DNA of 64,000 nucleotides, from NCBI GenBank assembly GCA_963730185.1, contig CAVSQW010000009.1, positions 160,001-224,000 on the forward strand, in the 5' to 3' direction. The position numbers were made by a program, and so were the translations under genes. Under the pieces are notes generated by a model. That model saw only the letters and a program-made list of their open reading frames with translations, did not search any database and was not told the origin of the DNA. This document shows positions 1 to 11,331 of the stretch, piece by piece. The DNA comes from an uncultured Gemmatimonadales bacterium. GTDB taxonomy: Bacteria > Gemmatimonadota > Gemmatimonadetes > Gemmatimonadales > GWC2-71-9. Numbering within the stretch: the stretch's first letter is position 1; each line of letters opens with the position of its first letter.

Positions 1-343
1 GAATCTGGGTCAGCCCGTCCCGGGCCCAATCGTACGGGGCGCTGGCCCACTCGTCGATGTAGTCCGGCACGCCCAGGGCGCTCGCGCTCGGGCTCACGTC
101 GTCCGCGGGAACGATGGTATCGCACAGCGCGGCCAGGGTGGTCAGCTCGGCCGGCGTCATCTGCTTCTGCCACCAGATCTTCGGATGGATCAGGTCGGGA
201 TCGGACGGCGTGCCGGCCGGCCCTTCGCGGGTGGGTTCCGGCGTTCCCGCGCCGGTGGCCGTATTGGTCTGGTCGTCACCCGGGCGGCAGGCGCTCGCCG
301 CGGCGGCCACGCCCAGGACCTTCAGTGCGTCGCGTCGCTTCAT
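1..343 (-). CDS. Gluconate 2-dehydrogenase subunit 3-like small subunit (Tat signal); runs off window start
   Basis: Manual translation from ATG at 343: [19 protein letters not shown]...ELTTLAALCDTIVPADDVSPSASALGVPDYIDEW; twin-arginine motif; TGATG coupling to upstream GMC gene. Not in ORF track because it is open-ended. Confidence 0.85.
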   Translation of the reverse strand, partial: MKRRDALKVLGVAAAASACRPGDDQTNTATGAGTPEPTREGPAGTPSDPDLIHPKIWWQKQMTPAELTTLAALCDTIVPADDVSPSASALGVPDYIDEWASAPYDWARDGLTQI

Positions 344-2133
344 CAGACGTTCCCCCGCTTCATCTCGTCGACAATGTGATCGGTGGTGCGCCATGCCAGC
401 GCCAAGATGCTCAGAGTGGGGTTCTTGTCGGCGTTGGAGACGAAGGGCGCCCCGTCGGTGACGAAGAGGTTCTTGACGTCCCAGGCCTGGCACCAGTGAT
501 TGAGCGGCGCCGTCTTCGGGATCGCTCCCCATCCGGACCGTGCCGACCTCGTGGATGATCTGCCCGCCCGGCGATCGCGTTGGCGCCGTCGTTTTGCACG
601 TGGCCGACCACCCGCCCGCCCATGGCCTCGATGATCTGGCCAAAGGTCTTGACCATGTGCGCTGCCTGTCGGGTCTCGTGCTCGGTCCACTTCCAGTGGA
701 ACCGGAGCGACCGGAATACCCCAGCGGTCCTTCTTGTCGGGGTCGATCTCGCAGTAGCTATCCTCGTTGGGAATCATCTCCCCGCGACCGTCGAAGTAGA
801 GGAAGGAGCCGTAGTACCGTCGGGCTTCCTCCTTGAATCGCAGGCCGTAGGCGCCTTCCGTGAAGTCCTCGAGGCCCCCGAAGATGCCCGACCCCGGCAT
901 CCCGCGGCCGCCGCCGAACTCGATGTGGTAGCCGCGGGGGAAATCGAGCCTGTCCGCGGCCTGCTCCTGGTAGAGCCACCACGGCACGTAGAGATGCGAT
1001 GCCGGAGGTGCCGTCCTGGTTGTGCGGCGGGAGGTTCTCGAGCAGGGGAATCTGACCCTCGAGTCCGGCCCCGACCGTATCCATGAGGTACTTGCCGACC
1101 AGGCCGTTGCTCGTTGGCGATGCCGTTCGGGAACTGCGCCGACTTGGAGTTGAGCAGGATGCGTGCGGACTCGCAGGCGCTCGCGGCCAGGACCACCACG
1201 CGGGCCTCGGCTCGTCGATCCTGACCCGTCGTCTTGTCGATGTAGCTGACGCCGGTGGCCCGACCCGTCCGTCGACCGTCACCTCGCGCACCATGGCGTC
1301 GGTGATCAGGTCGAGGTTGCCGGTTGCCAGGGCCGGGGGCAGCAGGACGGTGGTCGACTGGAAGTTCGCCTTGATGGAGCAGCCGCGTCCGCATGCGGTC
1401 GCCCAGAAGCAGGCGGAGCGGGTCTTCATCGAGTCGGCCAGGACGCGCTGGGCCAGGGCGTTGCCGGGATGGAGCCGGGCCGGCCAGGTCGCGGCGTCCT
1501 GGCGGGTCGTGAGGATGGCCAGGTGGGCCGGAACCACCGGGATGCCGAGCTGCCGACTGTGCTTCTGCGACCAGCAGCTCGTGCGCCCGGGGCTCTGGCG
1601 CGGGGAGCAGCTGCCGTTGGGCGAGTCGGGCGTGTTCTCGAGGCCCTCGTTGGAGCCGTAGACGCCAACCAGCGCCTCGGCCTTGTCGTAGTACGGCGCC
1701 AGATCTTCGTAGGTGATCGGCCAGTCGAAGCCGAGCCCGTCGCGGGAGCGCGGCTTGAAGTCGTACGGTCCCATCCGGAGCGAGATCCGGCCCCAGTGAT
1801 TGGTGCGGCCGCCCAGCATCCGGGCGCGCCACCACATGAAGTCGCTGTCCTCGGCGCTGGTGTACGGCTCGCCGGGAACCTGCCAGCCCCCGTCCACCGT
1901 CGCGTCGTAGAACCCGAACGGCTTGTCTTGCGTCCCGCCGCCCCGTAGCGGGGCATCCTTGGGAAGCTGGAACATCGGCGTCTCGGTGACCGGGTCGTAG
2001 TCTCGACCCGCCTCCAGCACCAGCACCTTCGGCCCTGCACCGCCAACTGGTAGGCCGCCATGCCTCCGCCGGCACCCGATCCGACCACGATGGCGTCGTA
2101 CGTCGTCGCGCTGCGCTTCCGGATGAATCGCAT
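343..2133 (-). CDS. GMC-family FAD oxidoreductase (about 8 apparent indel frameshifts)
   Basis: [95 protein letters not shown] are spread over all three minus frames; GGAG RBS upstream of ATG 2133. Confidence 0.9.
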
Positions 2134-2324
2134 GGAGCTCCTTCGATTGGCGGGGATTCCCCAAGATACCCCGCCGGCCAAGTCGTCGAGAGGGTCCCGT
2201 CCGGCTGGCCGCGGCCAACCGAGGGCCGCGCCGGCCGACCGAGCTGCTTGACCGCTTGGCCGCCGGGTGCGACGCTAGAGAGTGGCGGTTTTCCCCCACC
2301 CGCGACTTCCGAGAGGTGAGCGCC

Positions 2325-5319
2325 ATGACCCGGGCTCGGCTCGTGATGTGTTTGGCGGCCGGGTTGGTCGTCGGCATTTCCCCGCTCGCGGCACAGGAAC
2401 CCGGCCGGCTGGCCGGCCGCGTGTTGAGCGCCGAGGGCAACCCGGTGGTCGACGCCCTGGCCTCACTGGCCCTGGTCGGCGACCCCACCTGGCGCCACGC
2501 GACCACCGATCGGACCGGCGGATTCCGCTTCGCCGACCTCGGTCCCGGCCGCTACCGCCTCCGGGTGCAACGGATCGGGTATCGCCCGTTCCAGGACGAC
2601 TCCGTCGCCGTGGGAGCGGACGCGAGCGTTTCCCTCACCATCCGGCTCGGCGTCGCGCCTCGCCAGCTCGCGCCCCTGGTTGCCAGCGAGATGCCGGTGC
2701 TGACGGTAAACCGGCTCGCCCCGGGATTCGACCGGAGCGTCGGTCCCGATCAACTGGCCCTTCTCCCGGTCCCGGACGACGCCCGAAGCCTGATCCGCAT
2801 TCTCCCCGGCGTGCGGCCGGACCAGGTCTGGGGCGCCCCGACCGCTCAGGCCAACAACTACCAGATCGACGGCGTCTGGATCAACCATCCGGGCCAGGGT
2901 GGCGACCTGCTCCAGCCGAATCCGACCTGGATCGAGCGGGTCGAGGTCGCCGGGCTCGGCACCGGCGCCCAGTTCGGGAACTTCCAGGGCGGGATCGTCA
3001 ACGTCGTCACCAAGTCGGGCACCAGCCGTTTCGACGGCGCGCTCCGACTCGCGGGTGAATCACGTCATCTGAACGGCTCCAACCTGGTGCGGAACGAAAT
3101 CGGGACCGAACCCGCCGCCCGCTGGGACGCCGACGGGTACGTTCGCGGCCCCCTGGTGAAGGACCGGCTGTTCTACGCGTTGTTCGGCGAGCTCGTCACC
3201 CGAGATCTTCGGGTCCTCAACAACGTGCGGCAGATTGCGGGGGCGTACGCGCCGATCAGCCCGGCGGAGACCGATCGGAAGTTTCTGGCCAAGCTCTCGT
3301 GGCAGCCTTCCGGTCGGGACGCGGTGACCGTTGCCGCGGCCGAGCTCGATCAGGACGTCGATCACGACGGGATGACGGGCTTTCAGAGTCCGGAGGCCAC
3401 CGTCGCCCTGCGGGCCCGGAATCACTACCTCAACCTGCTCTGGCAACGGTCGTGGTCGGCCCGCTCATTTCTCGAGGTCCGGGCCGGCGGCGTTTTCGGC
3501 AGCGACCAGCGCGACCCCTACGGCGGCTCCGGCGAGCCCGGGGTTCGCACGCTCAACGAATCGGTGGCGCACAGTTACCAGAACGCCGAGTTCCGGGAGA
3601 GCCGGCGTCCGAGGAGCGTTTCACTCGGGGCCCAGTGGACCGTGGACCTGACCCGTTGGGGCGGCGAGCATCACCTGACGCTGGGCGCCGAGACCCAGCT
3701 GGGGTCCTGGGTCTACCAGCGGGTTCGAAACGGCGGGATGACCTGGCGCCCCGGTGAACGGCTGACCGATCCCGCCTTCGTTCCGTCCGATCCGGCAACC
3801 TGGATCTACAACCAGGTCCTGACCACCACCTGGGGTGGCAACGTGGCGCTGGACGCGGGACTCGAGAACACCGCCGCCTACCTTCAGGACGACCTGGCGA
3901 TCGGCCGGCGCCTGACCCTCCACGCGGGCGCCCGGTGGGGACGCTGGGTGGGCCAGCTCGCGCCCGCCGTCGGCCAGCCGCGCTTTACCGCGGTCCGGGC
4001 GTCGGCGGTCGAGCCGCGCCTCGGGCTCACCGTGGCGCTCGATCATCGGGGCTCGATTCTGGCCAAGGTGCACTGGGGACGTTACCACCAAAGCCTCTTC
4101 GCCGGACTCTTCGACCGGGCCGAAGGCGCCAACGTCTACGCCAACGAGGAGCAGTGGTCCTACACCGGGCCGCCCCTCAGCGACCCGACCGTGCCCTTCT
4201 CCGAGGCGCAGCGCGACGAGCTCGCCGCCCAAGGCCTGTTCCAGCGGGTGCAGACCGTTCGACTCAACGAAGCCGGCCGGGTGGAGGGATACCGGCAGCC
4301 ATACGTCGAGCAGCTGGTCGGCGGCCTGGAGGCGACGATCGGGCCGGCCTGGAAGGTCGAGGCGGTCTTCGTGCACCGCCGGAATCGGGACATGGTGGCC
4401 CTCGTCGACCGGAACCTCGCGGCCGATTACACCGTCTTCCGCAATGTCCGGGTGCTGGACCGCTTCTTCCAGCCGGTGTCCTGGGGCGGCAAGGATCTGA
4501 TCCTCCCCCGGCTGGCGCTCTCCAACGCCGACATCCTTGCGCTCCGCGCCACCCTCGGCCCGAACTTCCAGCTGCCCTTGAGCGCGGCCGAGCTCGGGGC
4601 CCTGACCTACGACCCGGACTACGTTCTCACGACCGTTCCCGAAGCCACCCGCCGTTTCGACCAGCTCCAGCTGGTCGTCGACGGTCGCCACCCCGGATGG
4701 TGGGTCTCGGCGTCGGCAGCGTTCACCCGGCTTCGCGGCAACCTGAACAGCGTCACCGGCAACGACGACGCGTCGCTCTCCGGGGCCGGACCGTTCGTCC
4801 GCCTGAACGAGCAGTTCGCCTTCTACGGCGACCTGTCTCACCAGAGCCAGGTCGAGCTCAAGCTGCAGGTCGGCGCCCGGCTACCGGTGGGCTTTCGGGG
4901 TGGGATGTTCGTGCGCGTCGTGCTCGGGAGACGTCGCCACGCCCTATCTCACCCTGTCCGATCTCCTGTTCGAGTTCGATCTCCCGGGCCGGACCGACCT
5001 CTCCGAGCAGGATCGCCGGATCCGGGGCTTCTTCCTGGGGTCGATCGCCGGCCAGCGGATCTTCTTGGACCGCCGGGGCTCGTTTCAGTACGGCTCCTAT
5101 GCCACGGTCGACCTCCACCTCGACCGCACCGTGCCGATCGGCCGGGGCCAGCTGCTGCTTGCCGTCGATGCTTTCAACATCCTCGGTGCCTCGACCATCT
5201 CCGAGGTCCAAACGTCTCTCACCGGTGACGTGGGCATCGGAAGCCTGTCGGGCTACGGCCGCACCCTGAACCGGATTCCTCCGCGGACGATCCGGCTAGG
5301 CCTGACCGCCAGGCGGTGA
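2325..5319 (+). CDS. TonB-dependent receptor-like OM protein with N-terminal carboxypeptidase-regulatory-like domain (one frameshift near 4920)
   Basis: Signal peptide, GRLAGRVL...[26 protein letters not shown], plug NNYQIDG...[12 protein letters not shown]-terminus (VDAFNILG...PPRTIRLGL) lies in the frame of ORF 4900..5319; GAGG RBS. Confidence 0.85.
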
Positions 5320-5396
5320 GTTGGTCCCGGCGGCGGCCCGGTCGGGGGCGCCGCCGAAGGTCCGGAGCGGCCGGGCTTACCGGGCTGGCGGATCGC

Positions 5397-7841
5397 TCAG
5401 TCTTCCCGGAGGACGACCGCAGGGTCGGTTCGCGCGGCCCGCCGGGCCGGCACCACCGCGGCGATCAGGGCCACCAGCACCACCACCCCCGCGGTGGCGC
5501 CGAAGGTCAAGGGGTCGACCGGCGCCACGTCGAACAGAACGCTTCGGAGCAGCCGGGTCAGCCCAATCGCCGCGCCGAGGCCGATCGCGATCCCGGCGAC
5601 CGCCAAGCGGAGGCCCTGCCCGGCCACCAGCGTCACCACCTGACGGGCGCTTGCGCCGAGCGCCACCCGGACGCCGATCTCGCGACCCCGCTGGGCCACC
5701 GAGTACGCCAGCACGCCGAACAGTCCCAGTCCCGCCAGACCGGCCGCCAGACCGCTGAACAGGGTGAGCAAATCGCCCACCACCCGGGTTGGGCCCAGTG
5801 CGGCGTCGACGAATCCTTCCACGGTCTCGACCCGGTCAAGCGGAACGTCCGCGTCGAACTGAAGCACTGCTCGACGGAGCGGCTCGGTCGCCCGGCGCGG
5901 GTCGTTCCGGGTCGACAGCATGATGCTGAGCACCCGCGACCAGAGCTGGCCGCTCTGGTGGAGCGGGACGTACACCTGCATCCTCGACGCGGTCTCGAGC
6001 TCGTAGTGACGCACGTTCTTGGTTACCCCGATCACGGTACGGTAGCTGGCGATCGGGTGGTCGTGGGTGGATCCCGGTGCCCGCTCGAACGAGATCCGTT
6101 TGCCGATGGGGTCTTGGCCCGGCCAGAACTTCTCGGCCAGCACCTCGTCCACCACGGCCACCGGCGGAGCGCCTTCGCGATCGGCGTCGGTGAAAGTGCG
6201 GCCCCGAAGCAGGGGAATGCCGAGGACGTCGAAGTAGTCCGGTGTGACCATCCCGAACAGCATCGACTGGTAGTTCTCGGGCTGGGCCGGATCGAGCCCT
6301 TCCGGGACCACTCCGTTCTCCCAGCTGCTCTGAGAGAGCGGCACCGCGTTGGACACCGCGACGTCCACCACGCCGGGCAGGGCCCGGGCGCGCGGCAGCA
6401 GCTGCTGGTAGAAAGCCAGCACCTGGTCCTTCGTCCCATACCGGACGGCGGGGAGGGGAATCTCCGCCGTCAGGACGTTCCGGCCGTCGAAGCCCTTGTC
6501 CACCTGGCGAAGATTCCGGAGGCTCCGGATCATCAGTCCCGCGCCGGCCAGGAGCACGAGTGAGAGCGCGACCTCGACCACGACCAGCGCCGTGCGGAGC
6601 CGCTGGCGGCCGCCGCCCACCATCCGGCTCCCGGGGCGGAGATCCTCGTTGGCGCGGCTGGCGCTCCGAAGGGCGGGAACCAGACCGAAGAACACGCCGG
6701 AGGCCATCGCCGCCGTGAGCGCGAAGAGAGCGACCGTCGAATTCACACCCAGGCGGCCGGCCGCCATGGCCGGCAGCTGGTCGGCCACCACCGGCCGGAG
6801 CAGGCCGACGCCGAGCCAGGTGAGCCCCAACCCGATCCCGCCTCCGATCAGGCTGAGGACGCCGGCCTCGGCCATCAGTGCCGCCACCACCCGACCCCGA
6901 CTCGCGCCCAGGGCGGTGCGTACCGCGATTTCCCGGCGACGCGCCTCGCCCCGTGCGAGGATCAGGCTGGCCACGTTCGCGCAGGCGATCAGGAGCACGA
7001 AGGCCACCGAGCCCATCAGCACCAGAAGCGGCGTCCGCGACCTCCCCAGCATCCGCTCGCTCAGCAGGTGGAGCTCGGCCCGGGCCTGCTCCCGACCCTC
7101 CCGCTCGTTGATTCCCTTCCAGACCCGGTCCAGGTCCTGTTGGGCCGCGGCCAGGTCGACCCCCGGCTTGAGGCGGCCCACGGCCCACGATCCCTGCGAG
7201 CAGCCCCGTTCGTCCCAGCAGAGCCGGTTGGCGAAGTACCCCATTGGCAGGAAGACCTCGGCGTCCGGCGAAGGGAAGGTGAACGAGGGTGGCATCACGC
7301 CGACGATCGTGAACGGCTCCCCGTCCAGTACGATGGCCCGGCCGATCGGGTCGGCGCCGGCCGGGAGCCGACGGGTCACGAAGCGATCGCTCACCACTGC
7401 GATCGCGGCGGCGCCCCGGTCGGTCTCGGCCGCGGTGATCCAGCGCCCGCGCGCCGGCGGCACGCCCAAGGTTTCGAAGTAGTCGCCCAGAATGATCCGG
7501 CCCCGGACGATCTCGGGCCGGTCGCCGCCCGTGAGGGTGTAGGTCCGGCTGGCGTTCAAGCCGAAGGAGGCCAGGGTCCGATTCTCGTTTCGCCAGTCCT
7601 TGAAGTTCGGAATCGAGGTGGAGATCAGGTAGCCGCTTCCCGCGTCGCGGACATCGGGCCGGATCAGCCGTTCGGGCGCCTTGACCGGGATCGGCTCCAG
7701 CAACACGGCGTTGACCACGCTGAAGATGGTCGCATTGACCGCGATGCCGAGGGCGATGGTGAGGACGACCACGAGGGCGAAGGCGGGGCGCCGGGCCAGC
7801 GATCGGACGGCCTGGCGGAGGTCGGACCAGAGGGATGACAC
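5397..7841 (-). CDS. ADOP-type duplicated ABC permease (MacB-PCD/FtsX x2)
   Basis: SDLRQAVRSLARRPAF...LGIAVNATIFSVVNAVLL, LLIACANVASL, REIAVRTALGA, REIGVRVALGA, PARRAARTDP; GTG start with GGAG RBS. Confidence 0.93.
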   Translation of the reverse strand: MSSLWSDLRQAVRSLARRPAFALVVVLTIALGIAVNATIFSVVNAVLLEPIPVKAPERLIRPDVRDAGSGYLISTSIPNFKDWRNENRTLASFGLNASRTYTLTGGDRPEIVRGRIILGDYFETLGVPPARGRWITAAETDRGAAAIAVVSDRFVTRRLPAGADPIGRAIVLDGEPFTIVGVMPPSFTFPSPDAEVFLPMGYFANRLCWDERGCSQGSWAVGRLKPGVDLAAAQQDLDRVWKGINEREGREQARAELHLLSERMLGRSRTPLLVLMGSVAFVLLIACANVASLILARGEARRREIAVRTALGASRGRVVAALMAEAGVLSLIGGGIGLGLTWLGVGLLRPVVADQLPAMAAGRLGVNSTVALFALTAAMASGVFFGLVPALRSASRANEDLRPGSRMVGGGRQRLRTALVVVEVALSLVLLAGAGLMIRSLRNLRQVDKGFDGRNVLTAEIPLPAVRYGTKDQVLAFYQQLLPRARALPGVVDVAVSNAVPLSQSSWENGVVPEGLDPAQPENYQSMLFGMVTPDYFDVLGIPLLRGRTFTDADREGAPPVAVVDEVLAEKFWPGQDPIGKRISFERAPGSTHDHPIASYRTVIGVTKNVRHYELETASRMQVYVPLHQSGQLWSRVLSIMLSTRNDPRRATEPLRRAVLQFDADVPLDRVETVEGFVDAALGPTRVVGDLLTLFSGLAAGLAGLGLFGVLAYSVAQRGREIGVRVALGASARQVVTLVAGQGLRLAVAGIAIGLGAAIGLTRLLRSVLFDVAPVDPLTFGATAGVVVLVALIAAVVPARRAARTDPAVVLRED

Positions 7842-7938
7842 GGCGGCTCCAGGGAAACGGGTGCCGGAGTTCGATACCGGTTGGCGGAGGGGCGTTGCCA
7901 GGCGTAGGGATTTGCGGGAGCGACCGGCGTTGGCTAGG

Positions 7939-7953
7939 TTGTTTATTAGACAA
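7939..7953. promoter_or_regulatory. Imperfect palindrome TTGTTTA-T-TAGACAA, candidate PadR operator
   Basis: AT-rich inverted repeat (6/7 arm match) 12 nt upstream of the padR ATG, in the divergent intergenic region. Confidence 0.45.
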
Positions 7954-7965
7954 AGACGTAGATAT

Positions 7966-8295
7966 ATGACCACGCATCTCGGCGACCTCGAACAGCTTCT
8001 GCTCCTCGCCCTTCTCCGGCTCGGCCCGGCGGCCTACGGAGTAGCTATCGCCGACGAGCTGGTCCGGCGAGCGGGCCGCGACGTGACCCTGGGTGCGGTC
8101 TACAAGACGCTGACTCGGCTCGAGGGGAAGGGCTACGTCCGGAGTCAGGTCGGCGAGCCGACCCCGGAGCGGGGTGGCCGGGCCAAGCGCTACTTCCAGC
8201 TCACGGCCTCCGGGCGTCGCGCGCTGACGGCTTCCCTCCAGGCGATCGACCGGTTGGCTGCCGGGCTCGACCTCCTGAGGCCGAGGGAGCCGTGA
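7966..8295 (+). CDS. PadR-family transcriptional regulator
   Basis: LGDLEQLLLLALLRLGPAAYGVAI...GAVYKTLTRLEGKGYV...ERGGRAKRYFQLT; GTGA overlap with the permease. Confidence 0.93.
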   Translation: MTTHLGDLEQLLLLALLRLGPAAYGVAIADELVRRAGRDVTLGAVYKTLTRLEGKGYVRSQVGEPTPERGGRAKRYFQLTASGRRALTASLQAIDRLAAGLDLLRPREP

Positions 8296-10922
8296 CGCCG
8301 CGCCCGCCCCGGATGCTGGCCTGGCTCGTCGCCCGCTTCACCCCGCGCCATCTCCGCGACGCCGTGCTCGGCGACCTGGCCGAGTCGTTCGCGCGGCGGG
8401 TCGCCCGGGACGGGCGCTGGGTTGCGCGCTGCTGGTACCTCCGTCAGGCGGGATCGGTGGCCGGTCGGTTGGGTCCCTTGACTGACGAGCCCACCTCCCT
8501 CACCCCGGCGCGCTCGCCGTTCCAGGGCGTCTGGGCCGACCTCCGGTTCGCCCTTCGGCTCCACCTCCGTCGTCCCGCCGCCACCCTGCTGGTCCTCGCG
8601 ACCCTGGGGCTCGGGATCGGCGCGTCGACCGCCATCTTCAGCGTGATTCGGCCCGCGCTGCTGGAGCCGCTCCCGTACCCGGCGGGGTCTCGCCTGGTTC
8701 GCCTCTGGGAGCCGGACCGCGGTCGAGACGGCCGGATGGGGTTCGCCACGCTGGACGATCTGGCACGGAGCGCCACGACCCTCGACGCGGTCGTCGCGAT
8801 GCGGTCCTGGTCGCCGAATCTGCTCCGGGCCGGCGAGCCGGTGGGCCTCGTGGCGCAGCGGGTCGGTCATCGGTTCTTCGGGATGTTGGGGGTGGTTCCG
8901 GCGATCGGCCGCGACTTCGCCGCGGCCGACGACGTGCCGGCCGCGGCCCCGGTGGCCATCCTGGCGGCCGACCTTTGGCGCGATCGTTTCGGCGCCGACC
9001 CGAACGTGGTGGGTCGCTCGATCTCGCTCGATGGCACCCCGTACCTCGTGATCGGAGTCCTGCCGGACGACTTCGAGAGCGTCTTGGCGCCGGGCGCCGA
9101 GCTCTGGACGCCGCTGCGTTACGATCTCGCGCTCCCGCAGGCCTGCGCGGAGTGTCGCCACCTGGTCGGACTGGGCCGGCTCGCAGCCGGTATGAGCCTC
9201 GCGGCCGCAACTCAGGAGGTCAACGGCCTCGTGGGACGGCTGGCGGCCGCGGATCGCGACGCCTACGGCTCGGGGACGGTGGTCGTGGAGCCCCTCCGCC
9301 ACAGCGTGATCGCCGAGAGCCGGCCGACCCTGATCCTCTTGTTCGCGGCCGTGAGCCTGCTGCTGCTGGTGGTGATAGTGAACGTCGCCCACCTCCTCCT
9401 CAGCCAGGCCGTCCAGCGCCGCCAGGAATTCGCCGTTCGGATGGCCGTGGGGTCCGGGCGCGATCGGGTGGTGCGACAAGTGATGCTGGAGTCGGCCCTC
9501 CTGGGGCTGGTGGGGTCGGCGGTGGCGGTGATGCTCACCCGCGCGGTTCTGGGCGCCATCCGGGCGGCCGCCACGGGGTTGCCGCGTCCCGGCGCCGTCG
9601 CGGTCGATGGCGGCGTAGTCCGGTTCGGCCTGGGCCTCGGTCTGGTCGTGGGAATGCTCGCGGGCTTGCTGCCGGCCCTCGTCTCGTTGCGGAGCGCCGG
9701 TGGGGGGATCGCGCTCGCCCTCCGCCCGTGGCGCCGCCACGGGATCCGCCGCGCCTTGGTGGTCGCGCAAGTGACGTTGGCGTCGGTCCTGGTCGTGGCT
9801 GCCGGGCTCTTGTCGCGGAGCATGACCAGGCTGCTCGCGGTCGACCCCGGATTCCAGGCCGACGGACTGGTCACCGCGCGGGTCGATCCGACCGGCCCGT
9901 CGTTCGAAACGGACGCCGAGGTGTGGCGCTACGTCCGTGAGGCCAGAACGGCCGTCCTCGCCCTGCCCGGCGTCGTCGACGCCGCCCTCGTCAACGAGCT
10001 CCCGTTGGCTGGAGGCTCGGATCAGTACGGCGTCGCGGCCGAGTCGCGCCTCGCGACCGACCCGAAGGCGTGGACCTCGGCCGACCGGTACTCGGTCACC
10101 ACGGGGTATTTCGCCGCCCTGCGGATTCCGGTCACCGAGGGGCGCGCGTTCACTGGCGCCGACCGGGCCGGGACCGCGCCCGTCGCGGTCGTGAACCGGC
10201 GCTACGCCCGGAACACGTTCGTCGGAGGGAGCCCACTCGGCCAGCGGATCCGCATCGGCGGTCGGGAGCCGGCCGTCTGGTATACGATCGTCGGGGTGGT
10301 GGGTAACGTGCGGCAGGATGGGCTCGATCGCCCGCCCAACCCGCAGGTCTACGTCCCCTTCGACCAGTGGCCGGGGGCTGACCGGCCGATGACGGTGGTG
10401 GCGCGGACCGTCGGCGATCCCGGCGGAGCCGCGCCGGCTTTGCGAGCCGCCTTACGCGCGCTCCACCCCGACCCGACCATCACCCGGGTGGTCCCGATGA
10501 CGGCGGTTATCGATCGGGCTCTTGCCAGGCGCACGGTGGTCCTCCGCCTGTTTCAGGCCTTCGGCCTCCTGGCCCTGACGTTGGCGGCCGTCGGGTGCTA
10601 CGGTGTCATGGCAAGCGACGTTGCCGAGCGGCGCCGCGAGCTCGGGATCCGGGCGGCGTTGGGGGCGTCGGCGGGTCGGTTGGGCGCCGCGGTGGTTCGA
10701 GAGACCCTGGGGCTCGCCGTGGCGGGCCTGGCCCTCGGGATCCCGATCTCCCTTGGGCTCGCGATCCGGTTGGGCCCGAGCACGACCGCCGTCCGGCCGA
10801 CGGACCTACCGGCCTATGGCCTGGCGATCGTCGGACTACTGGTCGCGATGCTCGTGGCCGCCTGGGTTCCCGCCCGCCGGGCGGCCCGTCTCGATCCCAC
10901 CCGAATTCTCCGGAGCGAGTGA
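8292..10922 (+). CDS. ADOP-type duplicated ABC permease with N-terminal prefix domain
   Basis: ADLRFALR...LGLGIGASTAIFSV, QEFAVRMAVG, RELGIRAALGA, PARRAARLDP. Confidence 0.93.
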   Translation: MTPRPPRMLAWLVARFTPRHLRDAVLGDLAESFARRVARDGRWVARCWYLRQAGSVAGRLGPLTDEPTSLTPARSPFQGVWADLRFALRLHLRRPAATLLVLATLGLGIGASTAIFSVIRPALLEPLPYPAGSRLVRLWEPDRGRDGRMGFATLDDLARSATTLDAVVAMRSWSPNLLRAGEPVGLVAQRVGHRFFGMLGVVPAIGRDFAAADDVPAAAPVAILAADLWRDRFGADPNVVGRSISLDGTPYLVIGVLPDDFESVLAPGAELWTPLRYDLALPQACAECRHLVGLGRLAAGMSLAAATQEVNGLVGRLAAADRDAYGSGTVVVEPLRHSVIAESRPTLILLFAAVSLLLLVVIVNVAHLLLSQAVQRRQEFAVRMAVGSGRDRVVRQVMLESALLGLVGSAVAVMLTRAVLGAIRAAATGLPRPGAVAVDGGVVRFGLGLGLVVGMLAGLLPALVSLRSAGGGIALALRPWRRHGIRRALVVAQVTLASVLVVAAGLLSRSMTRLLAVDPGFQADGLVTARVDPTGPSFETDAEVWRYVREARTAVLALPGVVDAALVNELPLAGGSDQYGVAAESRLATDPKAWTSADRYSVTTGYFAALRIPVTEGRAFTGADRAGTAPVAVVNRRYARNTFVGGSPLGQRIRIGGREPAVWYTIVGVVGNVRQDGLDRPPNPQVYVPFDQWPGADRPMTVVARTVGDPGGAAPALRAALRALHPDPTITRVVPMTAVIDRALARRTVVLRLFQAFGLLALTLAAVGCYGVMASDVAERRRELGIRAALGASAGRLGAAVVRETLGLAVAGLALGIPISLGLAIRLGPSTTAVRPTDLPAYGLAIVGLLVAMLVAAWVPARRAARLDPTRILRSE

Positions 10923-10936
10923 TCGGCGGCCCGCGC

Positions 10937-11331
10937 CTACCCCCGCGGGCCCGTGGCGTACGTCCCGCGTCCCACGGCGACCAAGGTGCCGGCCTCGTCC
11001 CGAACCTCGACGTCCGCGACGCCCACCGTCCGCCCCAGCTTCACCACCCGACCACTCGCCAGCAGATCGCCCCGACGCGCCGGCCGGAGCCAGTCCACTC
11101 GGAGGTCGATCGTCGGGGTACGCCGGCCCCGAGCCGGGTGACGATCGCGTAGTCACCCGCGATGTCCACCAGCGCGCTCATGACCCCGCCATGGAGCCAG
11201 TCGGAGCCGTCCTCCCGCAGGAACTCGTCGCGGAATGGCAGTCGGATCACGATTTCGCCGTCGCCAGCCCGTTCCAGCCGCAGGCCGAGAAACCGCTGAT
11301 ACGGCGAGCTGTCGAACCGAATCTCCGTCAT
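10937..11331 (-). CDS. PaaI-family (hotdog) thioesterase (one extra C near 11115)
   Basis: SPYQRFLGL...LHGGVMSALVDIAGDYA; after removing one C it continues PTIDLRVDWLRPARRGDLLASGRVVKLGRTVGVADVEV...GRGTY to TAG. Confidence 0.88.

Noticed and set aside
7850..7915. Sigma54 promoter for the first ADOP permease (TGGCAAC on the minus strand)
   Set aside because: No GC at the -12 position (GG-N10-CC).
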